A stretch of DNA of 63,917 nt, the filler included, from Lenisia limosa (lineage: Eukaryota; Protista; Breviatea), in the NCBI GenBank assembly GCA_001655205.1. It is 15 parts of 15 records of this genome, joined end to end, with 100 filler letters (N's around TTAATTAATTAA, not from the genome) between each part and the next. Parts side by side here need not be neighbours in the genome. Positions count along the whole stretch, not along the records: positions 1 to 4,321 come from LPNZ01006414.1; positions 4,422 to 8,732 come from LPNZ01008504.1; positions 8,833 to 24,375 come from LPNZ01010564.1; 12 more parts are not named here. One strand, written 5' to 3'. This document shows positions 1-10,195 of this stretch, piece by piece. Numbering within the stretch: position 1 is the first letter of the stretch; each line of letters opens with the position of its first letter. Below the pieces are notes generated by a model, which did not search any database, was not told the origin of the DNA, and saw only the letters and a program-made list of their open reading frames with translations. The translations under genes and the position numbers were made by a program.

Positions 1-104
1 ACACCTCCATCCACGACCACAACCACAACAACCCATCCCCATCTACGACCCCAACCACAACAACCTACATACACCTCCATCCACGACCACAACCACAACA
101 ACCC
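1..104. repeat. 70-bp direct duplication, C/A-rich low complexity
   Basis: acacctccatccacgaccacaaccacaacaaccc occurs at 1 and at 71. Confidence 0.85.
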
Positions 105-835
105 CTCAACCACTATTATCACCAAAAAATCCAACCTGAAACTGTTGGGACGGGTTGTATGGGCTGACGATCGGCTTTTGGAGGCTGTTTCTGGGGTACC
201 CGGGGAACTTCGGGGGTAGTTGACACTTTTGGAACCGGCAGCGACACAGGTAACTGGGTGGTCAAAAGCAAATCATGCTCATATATAGTCAAAGGGTAAG
301 CATGTTTATTAAGAGGGTTGTTGAAGGGGGAAATTTATATCATCACGTTTACGAAGGAAATAGTGACAATCTAAGATTCTAAAACACCATTTTATAAGGA
401 CACAGCAATGGGAGAAACTTACACTAGAAAGGATTTACGAAATGATGAAAAGGATAAACAGGAAAGAGTGTGTATTGTCACGTCAAAATATTGTTTTACC
501 CAACTTCAGGACTGCCCAATTAAGGTCTGATAGTGTTAATGGCCTCATGCAAGAGGGTTATTTTTTAGCAGTTTGTTTTCGGTTTCCTATTCAAAGGCGA
601 GAGATTTCAAGAACAATGGTAAAGGTGTGCAGTCAGGTGAAACAGTTAGGCACTGTCCATTCTGTTGATTATTTCGAGTTCACACAGTGTACGGTGTAGA
701 TGATTGCTTTGTGTAACTTTTGGCTTGCTTTATTCTTTATAGGTTAAACTGAAGGCAAAAAAAGGCACAGCGATCTCCGTCTTCGCCTTTCTTGTCAGAG
801 AAAGTTGTTCTACCTCACGTTTTTCCTCCAACAAG

Positions 836-1386
836 CAAGGTCTTGGAATGCACTGAGTGCGGCGCATCAAGGCACTCAGCATGTCGAGTACGAAGTTAGG
901 GGGTGTGGCTATATATACATCAATATTTGCGAAAATCGGGGTAGCTGGGAACTGTGTTTTTTGGAGCGACTGAACCGGCTTTGTCAAAAAACAACACTCT
1001 TGTATAGGCCATATGTTGAGACTTAAATACCTTGATTCTTCAAATCATGCTATCTTCTTCTCTATAGCGAAAAGGGAAGTTCGCTGAATTTATGACTATA
1101 GATTTCCAGATTATGACATTAAGCAAATCAGATTCACTGACTTTCTTTGTCACAGAAACAATCAAACTAGTTTGATGCAACATGGACGAAAAGGCTGTGT
1201 TGACTACTTTTTGAACAAAATTTTTCACTATGGTTTCCTTTCAATCAAATAGCAGATTGTAGTAAGTCATTAATTGTCCAGATTCTCTTCAAATACATTT
1301 GCAAGAAATGCACTGGAGGCCCTCTGATGGGTTTGGACTTCCCTGAACAGCCAGAGTTCATAATTGCTGAACCAGGGCAACGATAG
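836..1386 (+). CDS. Exon fragments of a possible PHD-type zinc-finger protein
   Basis: AG/GT-bounded exon 836-887 reads KVLECTECGASRHSAC (C-x2-C-x4-H-x2-C). Exon 1282-1386 reads ILFKYICKKC...* (C-x2-C). The first Cys pair and the joining exons were not resolved. Confidence 0.3.
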
Positions 1387-1857
1387 TTTGTTGAACTATG
1401 AATATATGTATATATATACTATAACCATTTAGCATCAATGGTATGACAGACTTGGTTTTGTCAACGAATCTATGTTACCGACAGGTGGCATCTATTGTCT
1501 ATAACGGTTAGCAGATATAATACAGATACGTTTTTATATAATTACTTGTATGTTATCATTTTAAAACTTCCTTTCCTTCTTCCGATGCTTCTTTTTTATT
1601 TCTCATTGTTTTATTACCTGTTTATCATTTCTACTAATATCCTCTAATGTATTGATATATCATGTGTATATATATATACTATAGTATATGATATGACAAA
1701 AACCCCCAATGTCCTCATTTGCGGACATTTAATATGTCATGATTGCTACCAGCTAGGACGGCCTTGCACCCTCTGCATTGACCCAGCCCTGCTGCTGATA
1801 AACTTACGGTCTTGCTCAGGCTCTTGTCAACTCAACTGGGTTCACAATGGCTTGTAG

Positions 1858-2061
1858 GGTGTCGTCACACCAACGGATGGATTCATCTTCACCCAAGGTA
1901 ACACAGACTATACGCTTGTCTATCTTAGTGAAGATCAGGTCTGGATGGTGGAATGGGACACCAAAAGGGCACTTCTTTTCCGAAACACTCCACACCAGTG
2001 TGGCTATTTGCAACTCACGTTGAAATCGGACCTTCCACCACCGGCAACTAAGAAGCCATGA
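1858..2061 (+). CDS. Probable terminal exon of a hypothetical protein
   Basis: After ttgtag there are 68 codons, GVVTPTDGFIFTQG...PPPATKKP*, with higher GC than the flanks. Confidence 0.3.
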   Translation, partial: GVVTPTDGFIFTQGNTDYTLVYLSEDQVWMVEWDTKRALLFRNTPHQCGYLQLTLKSDLPPPATKKP

Positions 2062-2145
2062 TACTTCCGAAGCCTCCTTTTTATATATTATCCCCTGACT
2101 CCAGATATTGATAGTTCCCTCACACCAGATTTCTATAAGGTTGTC

Positions 2146-2515
2146 GACCCGACAAAAAATCGGGTGTCGTGTCTGTAGGGAACGGAAACGAGTTCATGTG
2201 GCGACCTCATGACGTCATGTCATCTCCCCCTCTAGCTAGTACCGTTACACTAATAATAAATAAATAAATATCACTATTTGGCTTCGAAAGGTGGAAAAGG
2301 GAAAGGGGAAAACAGGGCGTGGACAAGGAAACCCGATAGCCGACAAAAAATCGGGTCTTCGTGATATATCCCCGATACACTAATAAATATTACTATATGG
2401 CTATTTGGCTTCGAAAGGTATTGGAAAGGTGGAAAGGGAAAGGAGAAGAGAGCACAAGGGCGTAGACAAGGAAACCCGATTTATATCCGACAAAAAACAT
2501 TCGGGTGTCGGCTCT
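2146..2515. repeat. Degenerate ~150-190-bp tandem units with a CCGA-caaaaaa-TCGG hairpin motif
   Basis: ccgacaaaaaa(cat)tcgggt occurs at ~2149, ~2340 and ~2488. The block ctatttggcttcgaaagg...gggcgt(g/a)gacaaggaaacccgat is duplicated. Confidence 0.7.
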
Positions 2516-2700
2516 ATCAACTTTACAATTTGCAACATACACACGGAAACGCATGCATGCATGCGTATGATAGTTTTAACACTCTAAGTGCATGTTGGTA
2601 ATGTTAGCGTGACAATACACTTAAAGATAAAGAAAACGAGAAAAGAAAACAGAAACAAAAGACAATAGCAATAAAAATAATTTTCATTTGAAAAAAAAAA

Positions 2701-2772
2701 CTCCGACACGGGGAATCGAACCCCGGGTATGGCGGTGAGAGCGCCAGGTGTTACCGACTACACTATATCGGA
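2701..2772 (-). tRNA. tRNA-Glu(CTC): tRNA-Glu, anticodon CTC, intronless
   Basis: The minus strand folds as a cloverleaf: acceptor TCCGATA/TGTCGGA, D arm GTGT/ACAC, anticodon arm TGGCG-CT CTC AC-CGCCA, T arm CGGGG-TTCGATT-CCCCG. A T-run (Pol III terminator) follows directly. Confidence 0.96.
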
Positions 2773-3599
2773 AAGACAAAATTGGATGTCTCAAATTCAA
2801 AGCCGACCGAAATCACAAATCGCCGCCGCCGGAATTATTTTTTTTCGAGAGTACCCATACAGAATCAACTTACCCCTGTTGGCATCATCCCCAACCGAAA
2901 TCAGAGGTACCCTCTAAGGCCCTCACATTCCTCCCACTCTTGCTACAACACTCTCTCAAGATATGGAAACTGAGAGTGAAAATAGCCGGTGGCACTGGCC
3001 CCAACAACCAACCCCCTCAACCGCCACCTCCTCCCCAACCACCACCCACACTAGGTAGCACTCAATCACTGAACTCCGGTTTTTCTACTAACCATTCCCC
3101 CTTTTTTTGTCGCTACTACCCATATCACCCTTGTCTTATCCTAAGTCATTCTTACCCTAAGATATCTCATATATTACTGCAACTCCAATTAATATATAAT
3201 GCATAGATACTTATTCCCTGTTGCTCTCTGGACTCTATCATTTCTTTATAAGTACTTCTCTGAGTCATACAAGGAGAGCAATCCGCCCCCCGTCCCGCGA
3301 CTAAACTGATGTGAGCCAGAACAGGCTTACCTCCCCCCACCCCTAACAATCAGGTACCCGACAAACCTCAAGCCCGCTCCTAAATCTAATTCTTAACAAA
3401 ACTGGACCAGTGTTATACAGTTTTTTTTTAGGGTTTTATTGTCCATTTTTTCTTTGTCTCCTCTTTGTTCTTTGTACAGACTTGTTTCCCATCCCTTTCC
3501 AAGTAGTTAACCCAAAAATTTTTTCAATAAATACATTTCTTGTCCTTTCAAAAAAATAAAATAATCCCCAGATCTTCGTGTTGCAATTTCCAAAAGAGT

Positions 3600-3833
3600 C
3601 TATCTCAAGTCTATCTTCGTGTAATCATGAAGTTCGCCTATTTCTGTCGTTTTACGATCCTAGTTTCGAAAACTATTTTTTGCAAAACACCACTAGAAAG
3701 GTTTCAAGATAACAAACCAACAGACCTCTTTCAAAAGATCTGTGGAGTCTTCGGCGGCATCTTGAGCGTGTTCGGGTTCTGCTTGTTCTTCGGGAGTTTG
3801 CTTTCTCGGCTTCTTTCGCTTCTTTCCAGAAAC
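3600..3833 (-). CDS. Last two exons of a charged hypothetical protein
   Basis: In-phase exons 3833-3726 (VSGKKRKKPRKQTPEEQ...LLKE) and 3659-3600 (DRKTTEIG...DLR*) have AG/GT boundaries. Confidence 0.4.
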
Positions 3834-4321
3834 CTGATTGTGAGAGCTGGGGATTTGGAGGGTGTTAGGGCGGCATTAGGGCTTCCCGGTCAAATATCGA
3901 TATTTATCGAGGATTTATTGTGAAATTTTAGTCTTTTTTTAGACTGAAGGGAATCCCTAGGTGGAATAGAAGGGACTCAAGTTGATGAGTCGAGGCGTCT
4001 TAAAACAGGGTAGAAATTCAGAAAATTATAACTGCTCTAAGACGCCTTCTTTGAAAAGAAATACTGTTTGTTAATAACTACCGTTACGTCAGTTTGAAAG
4101 ACTCCAAGCTTTGGTGTAAATCACGTTCAATACACATTAATCTTAGAGAAAATTGAACGAAAATCTGAGCCAATTTTCTGAAGTACCACCCTGCTTTAAG
4201 AGAAATTGCCTACAATTCCCCATACCCCAGACAACCTCATAGAATCGCTTCACTCGGTTCGAAAAAGACAGAAATTATCGAAAACTATCGATAGTTTACC
4301 GATCATTTTCAAACCGAAGTG

Positions 4322-4421
4322 NNNNNNNNNNNNNNNNNNNNNNNNNNNNNNNNNNNNNNNNNNNNTTAATTAATTAANNNNNNNNNNNNNNNNNNNNNNN
4401 NNNNNNNNNNNNNNNNNNNNN
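4322..4421. other. Artificial scaffold linker N44-TTAATTAATTAA-N44 (first of 14)
   Basis: The same 100-bp structure has its 12-mer at 4366, 8777, 24420, 27995, 33773, 36518, 37688, 39416, 43248, 46287, 49043, 58599, 60671 and 62687. The 12-mer has stops in all six frames. Sequence on either side is unrelated. Confidence 0.97.
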
Positions 4422-4536
4422 ATCCAGGGACCAGTGAAATATAGATATTTTTCGAGGATTTATCAAGAAATGCAGTCTTTTTCAGGACCGTAAGGGAACC
4501 CTAATTATAACAATCAACACAGGGATTCCCACTCAC

Positions 4537-7500
4537 AAGTTGGAGGTAATGTAATTTTGAATAAATTCCAGGAACTCAGCCTTTCCCGTCAGAGTCTGCA
4601 TGAGTTAGATTCTGGATTGAGTTTTAAACATGAGTTTGAGTTTGATTTCATGGAGATATTAGTTTGGATTTTAAACAAGCTTTGTATTCAAATCCAAAGT
4701 GTCCCGATAGTACTCGGCTCATAAAAGGATAAGGGTGGAGGTCTCTTATTACATATTTACCAAGACTTCTTACAAATATCCGAAAAATTAATTGCACGAA
4801 GACTAACATTTACCTCTATTAAAATAACTTTCCCTTTCCCTTTGGAATCCCCCTCCCCCTCCCAGGTACTTATATATCCATGTAAGAAATAAGATTTCTA
4901 GATGAGAAATAACAAGGTTGTATCTGGCCGAANNNNNNNNNNNNNNNNNNNNNNNNNNNNNNNNNNNNNNNNNNNNNNNNNNNNNNNNNNNNNNNNNNNN
5001 NNNNGCTTTCTGCGTGCCTCCCCAGCATACTGAGAGGTAATGGAGGAAGAAAAAGCCTTTCTCATAGGGCACTGAAGAGAAGAATTCCTCGGGATCTAAG
5101 GTGTATAAAAATAGATCATTCAGAAAGTAAAAAAAAAAACCACTCCAGAATTAACGTAAAATAATATTGTTCATTTTTAAGAAGCAAATNNNNNNNNNNN
5201 NNNNNNNNNNNNNNNNNNNNNNNNNNNNNNNNNNNNNNNNNNNNNNNNNNNNNNNNNNNNNNNNNNNNNNNNNNNNNNNNAAGGGAAATAGTAAAGAAAG
5301 ATAAAGGCCAGATCCAGAATTAAGCTGACACCAACACGCTACATCAAATGCTTCATTCATTCTAAACCATCCAAACCCATTCTCATCATTACTAGCTCAT
5401 TATAATCATTCTTAATCAATTAACAATCAATATAAAAACCACTATCCCTAATTCAGATCATTTAATCAACAGATCTATTCGNNNNNNNNNNTGCAGGGTG
5501 TTTGTCATGATACTGCGTGTAGACCGCGGTTTTCAGGTGTGAATGCCTGGGATATTAATGGGGATTTGCCAAGGTAATATGATACACTATAGAGATGGGA
5601 ATAATAAATAATAAACGAGGTTGTATCTGGCCAAAGCCGCCCACCATCCGCTAATAAGAGATATTACCCCCCCCCCTCCATACCCGATATCAAGAAGGAA
5701 GTCGAAGTAGTCGTGCACGCCACTGAGACGCGCATCTACAGTTCTCTCCAAATACACCGTGAAGCCCTCTGGGGGGTTGTAAATATCAGAGGGATTCTAG
5801 AGGGGGGGATTACATACATAGAGTTTTGTTAATATTCATATTCTAAGGGGGTCAGAGATATTCTAAGGGGTTAGAGACAATAAAGTTAATCCAAGAAGTA
5901 GCTACCACTATCCAATCAAAACTGCATGTGTACTAAACGTGAATATTAACCCTCAAAATACTTTGGTATCTCAGGTTGATTTTTTACCAATTTTTAAAAA
6001 ACAGTACCCCACCATTGATCCACATGTTCTCCCAGTTGTTGAGTCGCACTGAGTTGCCTTCATAAGTGAGTTGAGAAAAAGACAATACCATCTAAACAGC
6101 ACTTTGGGCTTCACTTCAGTATANNNNNNNNNNNNNNNNNNNNNNNNNNNNNNNNNNNNNNNNNNNNNNNNNNNNNNNNNNNNNNNNNNNNNNNNNNNNN
6201 NNNNNNNNNNNNNNNNNNNNNNNNNNNNNNNNNNNNNNNNNNNNNNCAGCAATAAGTCCTAACACGGATCTTAAGCTCTCACTCAATCAAATCGTGATTT
6301 ATTGCGGTCAGTGTATGGACATATACATACATATCACAATAGTTATGTTGAAAGAAGAAATGAAAAGGAAGCAGTCGTCCGCATTATAACAAGTACGGCT
6401 TCACTTCGGTTCAAAAATACCAGTAAAACACGATAATTTTCAAGAATTATTGAGAAATCAGTCTTTTTTTGAACCGGAGTGAAGCCTTAATAAGAATAAA
6501 ACACATGTTATAAAAGAACAGAAGACAGAGATATTATAAGGATAAAAGACGAGGTGTTAAGCAAAGAATAGAAGACAAGTGTGTTTCATTTGACTATATC
6601 TAATATCTATTTAATATAGCTAATCGATGTACATAATATTATACTATATACTATATGATATAATAAAAAAACAGGGAAGAGAAGGTGGTATAAAACAACT
6701 GTGAAATAAGACAAAGTGAGCTATGGCCCATCTCACCCGTCCAGCTGTGCACGTACTCGTGAATCACGACGTTCAATTGGGAATGGTCTCCTGAGAAATG
6801 AGAAAAAGTTCAACTTGTAAAGGAATTCAAAATGTTAGGAAGGGGGGGAGGTAATCAAATTAAAAGTTTGGGAAAGTTAGAACAGCACCATCATGTTTAA
6901 AAATGATCACACCAATAACACTAAATACAAAAATTTCTATGGGTTCACAGAATCCATATTGGTTCACTCACAAGTTTATACCCATTTATGCTTCGTTCCA
7001 ACTTAACAAAACACAGGCACCAATCTGACAACCCCATTGTCTCTATCGAGAAGGTTTTAATGAAGGGATCCCCGAAAAGCGCCACAGGAACTGGGACACT
7101 CTTCCACATCCAAGTTCTTTGATTGTTGTCTGGGTGCCAATTTTGCTGATGTCTCAGTAGTTTAGAAAATAAATACAGTACCTTCATTCTTCAGCGACTT
7201 CGTGTCAAGTATTTACTCTCGCTCCCCCTCTGTTTGTTGGAATTATATTACTCGTTTGTTTTTGTTTATGGGAGAATGTTGAATTGGGGTGTGTATTGCA
7301 ATTTGCAATAATCTGTCATTAATAGTCTCATTACATTATGCCCCAATTCAAATATCAAAATTAATTTTCGAAAGTGATTGCACAGAGTCCTGTAAAACAG
7401 TGAAACTTCTCAAGGTATTTTTTCAAGTATCCCTTTATATGTCATAGCTATGTATATATTATATATATTATAGTACATGTAATTATATATTAAATACGAT

Positions 7501-8732
7501 TAAATATTGCAATAATAATATTCAAGAGCAGAGAATAAAAAGAAGCAATTATCCAAAATTAGTATCAATCATGAACACTGAACATTATCGTCTTGACAGA
7601 TTTTTCTGGGAGGAATATGATAATGCCGGTCATGACTTATCTGAGTCGCTGTATGATTGATATATCATTTATTAGGACTCTGTTTGATTAATTTTTTGAA
7701 GAAATAATTTCACACAATTCGTAATTACAAAGTCTAAAATAGAGTTTTGGCCAAAAAAATTAAATTATTTTTGATGGAGTCCTAATAGAGTTTTACACAT
7801 GTATCATAGATCTGTACACTGACCGGAATAAGTCCTGACACTTGTGTATGTATGTGTATGATACGGCACCATTTTGTATCAGACGAGGTGTGTCTGAAAT
7901 TATGTTATTTCTCCACAATAGCCTTATTGCAACCGACCAGTAATCAACGTAGGGGTCAAGAAATTCAGTTGAGGGTTCTCCATTCCACCTGTCAAAGATG
8001 AGTTTAGATTACAAATACCAAGCAAGCATGTGAAACTATTCCAAAATGCATGAGTTTTACTATGTGTTCCTAGTTCTGCGTGAGTTTGTATTGGGATCTG
8101 ATACATCACTGGTAACAGCTCATAAAAGAAGAGGTGACAAACAACTAGCCAATACGGGAACACAAAAAGGCAGAAACAAAAACAACACACAGTCAGACAA
8201 TCAAAAACAAATGCAAAAAGCGCAAGATCACAAGCAAGCTAATTATAAAAAGGCAAATCAAGAACAGAAAAACAAAAACAACAAAGCTCACTTTGTGAAG
8301 GTACATACAGTGTATATATATCTTAAACACTTACCACCAGGGAAAATAAACATCTAAACACTCACCACCAGGGACAATAAACATCTAAACACTCACCACC
8401 AGGGAAAATAAACATCTAAACACTCACCACCAGGGAAGATACTCATCAAAACACCCATAAAAGGAGAGAAACACTAACCATAGGGGAAGGCACATCAAAA
8501 CACCCACAAAAGGAGAGAACCACTAACCATTAGGGAAGGCACAACAAAAGGAAAGAAACACCACATCAAAACACTCACTCCCAGGGAAGGTGCACTTAAA
8601 CTCTCACCATAAGGAAAGGTACACCACACCAGAGCATAGGGGAAGGTATATCAAATCACACTCACCGTAGGGGAAAGCGCGAGGGAGGAAGATGACATCC
8701 GAACGTCCAGGCCAAGGGAAGGGAACAATCGT
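4537..8732 (-). CDS. LTA4H: M1 family aminopeptidase, leukotriene A4 hydrolase-like (partial, cut by both scaffold ends)
   Basis: Phase-consistent exons: 8732-8666 (WPGRSDVIFLPRAFPY), 7988-7938 (GGMENPQLNFLTPTLIT), 6790-6737 (GDHSQLNVVIHEYVHSWT; HEXXH), ~6055-6012 (GNSVRLNNWENMWIN), ~5768-5684 (EGFTVYLER...), 5095-5031 (DPEEFFSSVPYEKGFFFLHYLS) and 4595-4537 (TLTGKAEFLEFIQNY). They are collinear with the GXMEN, HEXXH-x18-E and SSVPYEKG motifs of LTA4H-type M1 peptidases. Confidence 0.9.
4902..5030 (-). repeat. Dispersed non-TIR element family C (spans an N gap)
   Basis: The minus strand starts gtatgctggggaggcacgcagaaagc and ends ttcggccagatacaaccttgttatttctca, matching the copies at 22164 and 32717. 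Confidence 0.8.
6396..6487. mobile_element. MITE family A copy
   Basis: TA-cggcttcacttcggttc...gaaccggagtgaagcct-TA. Confidence 0.8.
8325..8670. repeat. Intronic minisatellite: four 31-bp units grading into degenerate units
   Basis: aaacactcaccaccagggaaaataaacatct at 8325, 8356, 8387 and 8418, then diverged units up to the exon boundary at 8665/8666. Confidence 0.9.
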
Positions 8733-8835
8733 NNNNNNNNNNNNNNNNNNNNNNNNNNNNNNNNNNNNNNNNNNNNTTAATTAATTAANNNNNNNNNNNN
8801 NNNNNNNNNNNNNNNNNNNNNNNNNNNNNNNNGAA

Positions 8836-8958
8836 CACTACGGCGCATTGACTTGGGATTCTTATGAACACTACGGCGCATTGACTTGGGATACTTATGA
8901 AAAAGATGGAATTATCAATGTTTTCATGGGAATCCCAAGTCGAAGGAAGTGGAGTAGT
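8836..8958. mobile_element. CACTA-ended mini-element, second copy, with a tandemly duplicated left end
   Basis: cactacggcgcattgacttgggat at 8836 and 8869 (33-bp period). The degenerate right end is gaatcccaagtcga...gtagtt. Homologous to 17164-17300. Confidence 0.6.
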
Positions 8959-9262
8959 TTCTAATCTTTCTTATTCTATAGGCCAAAATGAAATCTCAGC
9001 AAATGGGAGAGACGAGCTTCATGGTGGGGGGGGGGGGCAACAGAATTTNNNNNNNNNNNNNNNNNNNNNNNNNNNNNNNNNNNNNNNNNNNNNNNNNNNN
9101 NNNNNNNNNNNNNNNNNNNNNNNNNNNNNNNNNNNNNNNNNNNNNNNNNNNNNNNNNNNNNNNNNNNNNNGTGCTTTATAATCCTAGTTTCAATAAAAAA
9201 AAAACGGTCTGTAAGACTGATATTAACAAAGATTTATCGAGGATTTATTGTGACGGTTTCAG

Positions 9263-9945
9263 TCCGACTTCGACAATCCTTCCACCCCGGACGACGTAAT
9301 CAAAGGCTACTTCGATCAGCTAGATCTCCTGAGTTCCTTTAAAGAGGTTGCTAAGGGTTATCTTGGCCATTCCTGCGGTCCGAAAAAGACCGTAATATTT
9401 TTCGAGGATTTATCGTGTTGTTGGGAGTGTAGGAATCCCAGTTGATCATAAAATAAATGTCCCAATTTGGCCAGCCAGCTTTTTTACAAAGGATTAGTTA
9501 GCGTTTTTTTTGGTACTCCCTCAGCTTGAATAGCGTTTTACCCCCCCTCCCACACACCAGAGTTCATTTGGGCTTTTTTTGATTCATGAATTTTCCGGGA
9601 TTTTTTTTATTTCATATTTGTAATTGTCAAAATTTCCTTCTAAAATCCTTCTCCTTACCCCCACAGCTTGAGGAGCATATGGTTGGTGGACTGGAGCAAG
9701 AAATAGACCTGTTGGAGGTAACTAAAGTAAGTGGGGGAAGGGTTCCAAGAAATCCGAGCAAAGAAAGAGGGGAATTTCCCTCTACTTTTTTTAGTTTTAC
9801 CTACATATGATTATGCCCCCTTTCGTTTGTTGGATTGTTATATACCCCACAGAAAACAGATACCTTCCGTCTAATTGTTTCAGTTACCCAGCGGAGTTCT
9901 TAGTGCGACCAAGGACATTTTGCACACCCTTTTGTTCCACATAGC
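9263..9945 (+). CDS. Multi-exon hypothetical protein fragment
   Basis: AG/GT-bounded open exons: SDFDNPSTPDDVIKGYFDQLDLLSSFKEVAK, LEEHMVGGLEQEIDLLE and LPSGVLSATKDILH. Confidence 0.35.
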
Positions 9946-10195
9946 CTACAGAGAAAAGTAGATGCGTATTTCTTATTTATTTATGTTTCACCTATTAGTT
10001 TTCCAAAGCTTGATGATCATAGTGGAATATAGAATATAAATAGCTGGTATCTAGGGCTCTTCACTTCAGCCTCAAAAATACCGATAAATATAGATAGTTT
10101 TCGAATATTTATCGAGAAATTCACTCTTAACCAGTATTACCTGGCCGAAGCTTGATAATGGTATATATTTCATTTATTCTTCTCAGTAATAAACG

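Noticed and set aside
1750-2061. In-frame TAG (1855-1857) in a long + frame, suggesting TAR-to-Gln recoding
   Set aside because: It reads as an intron acceptor (ttgtag). POLD2 ends with TAG at its conserved C-terminus, which fits the standard code.
3872-3890. Telomeric TTAGGG repeats
   Set aside because: Only two non-adjacent hexamers, one of which is the TA-GGG end of a MITE A copy.
4366-4377. TTAATTAATTAA palindrome repeated 14 times as a biological motif
   Set aside because: It is always centred in exactly 44+44 Ns and has stops in six frames, so it is an assembly concatenation linker.
10134-10150. U1 snRNA 5' end (gtattacctggcc)
   Set aside because: It is a variant of the family C core (gtatctggccgaagc), and no U1 stem-loops or Sm site follow.
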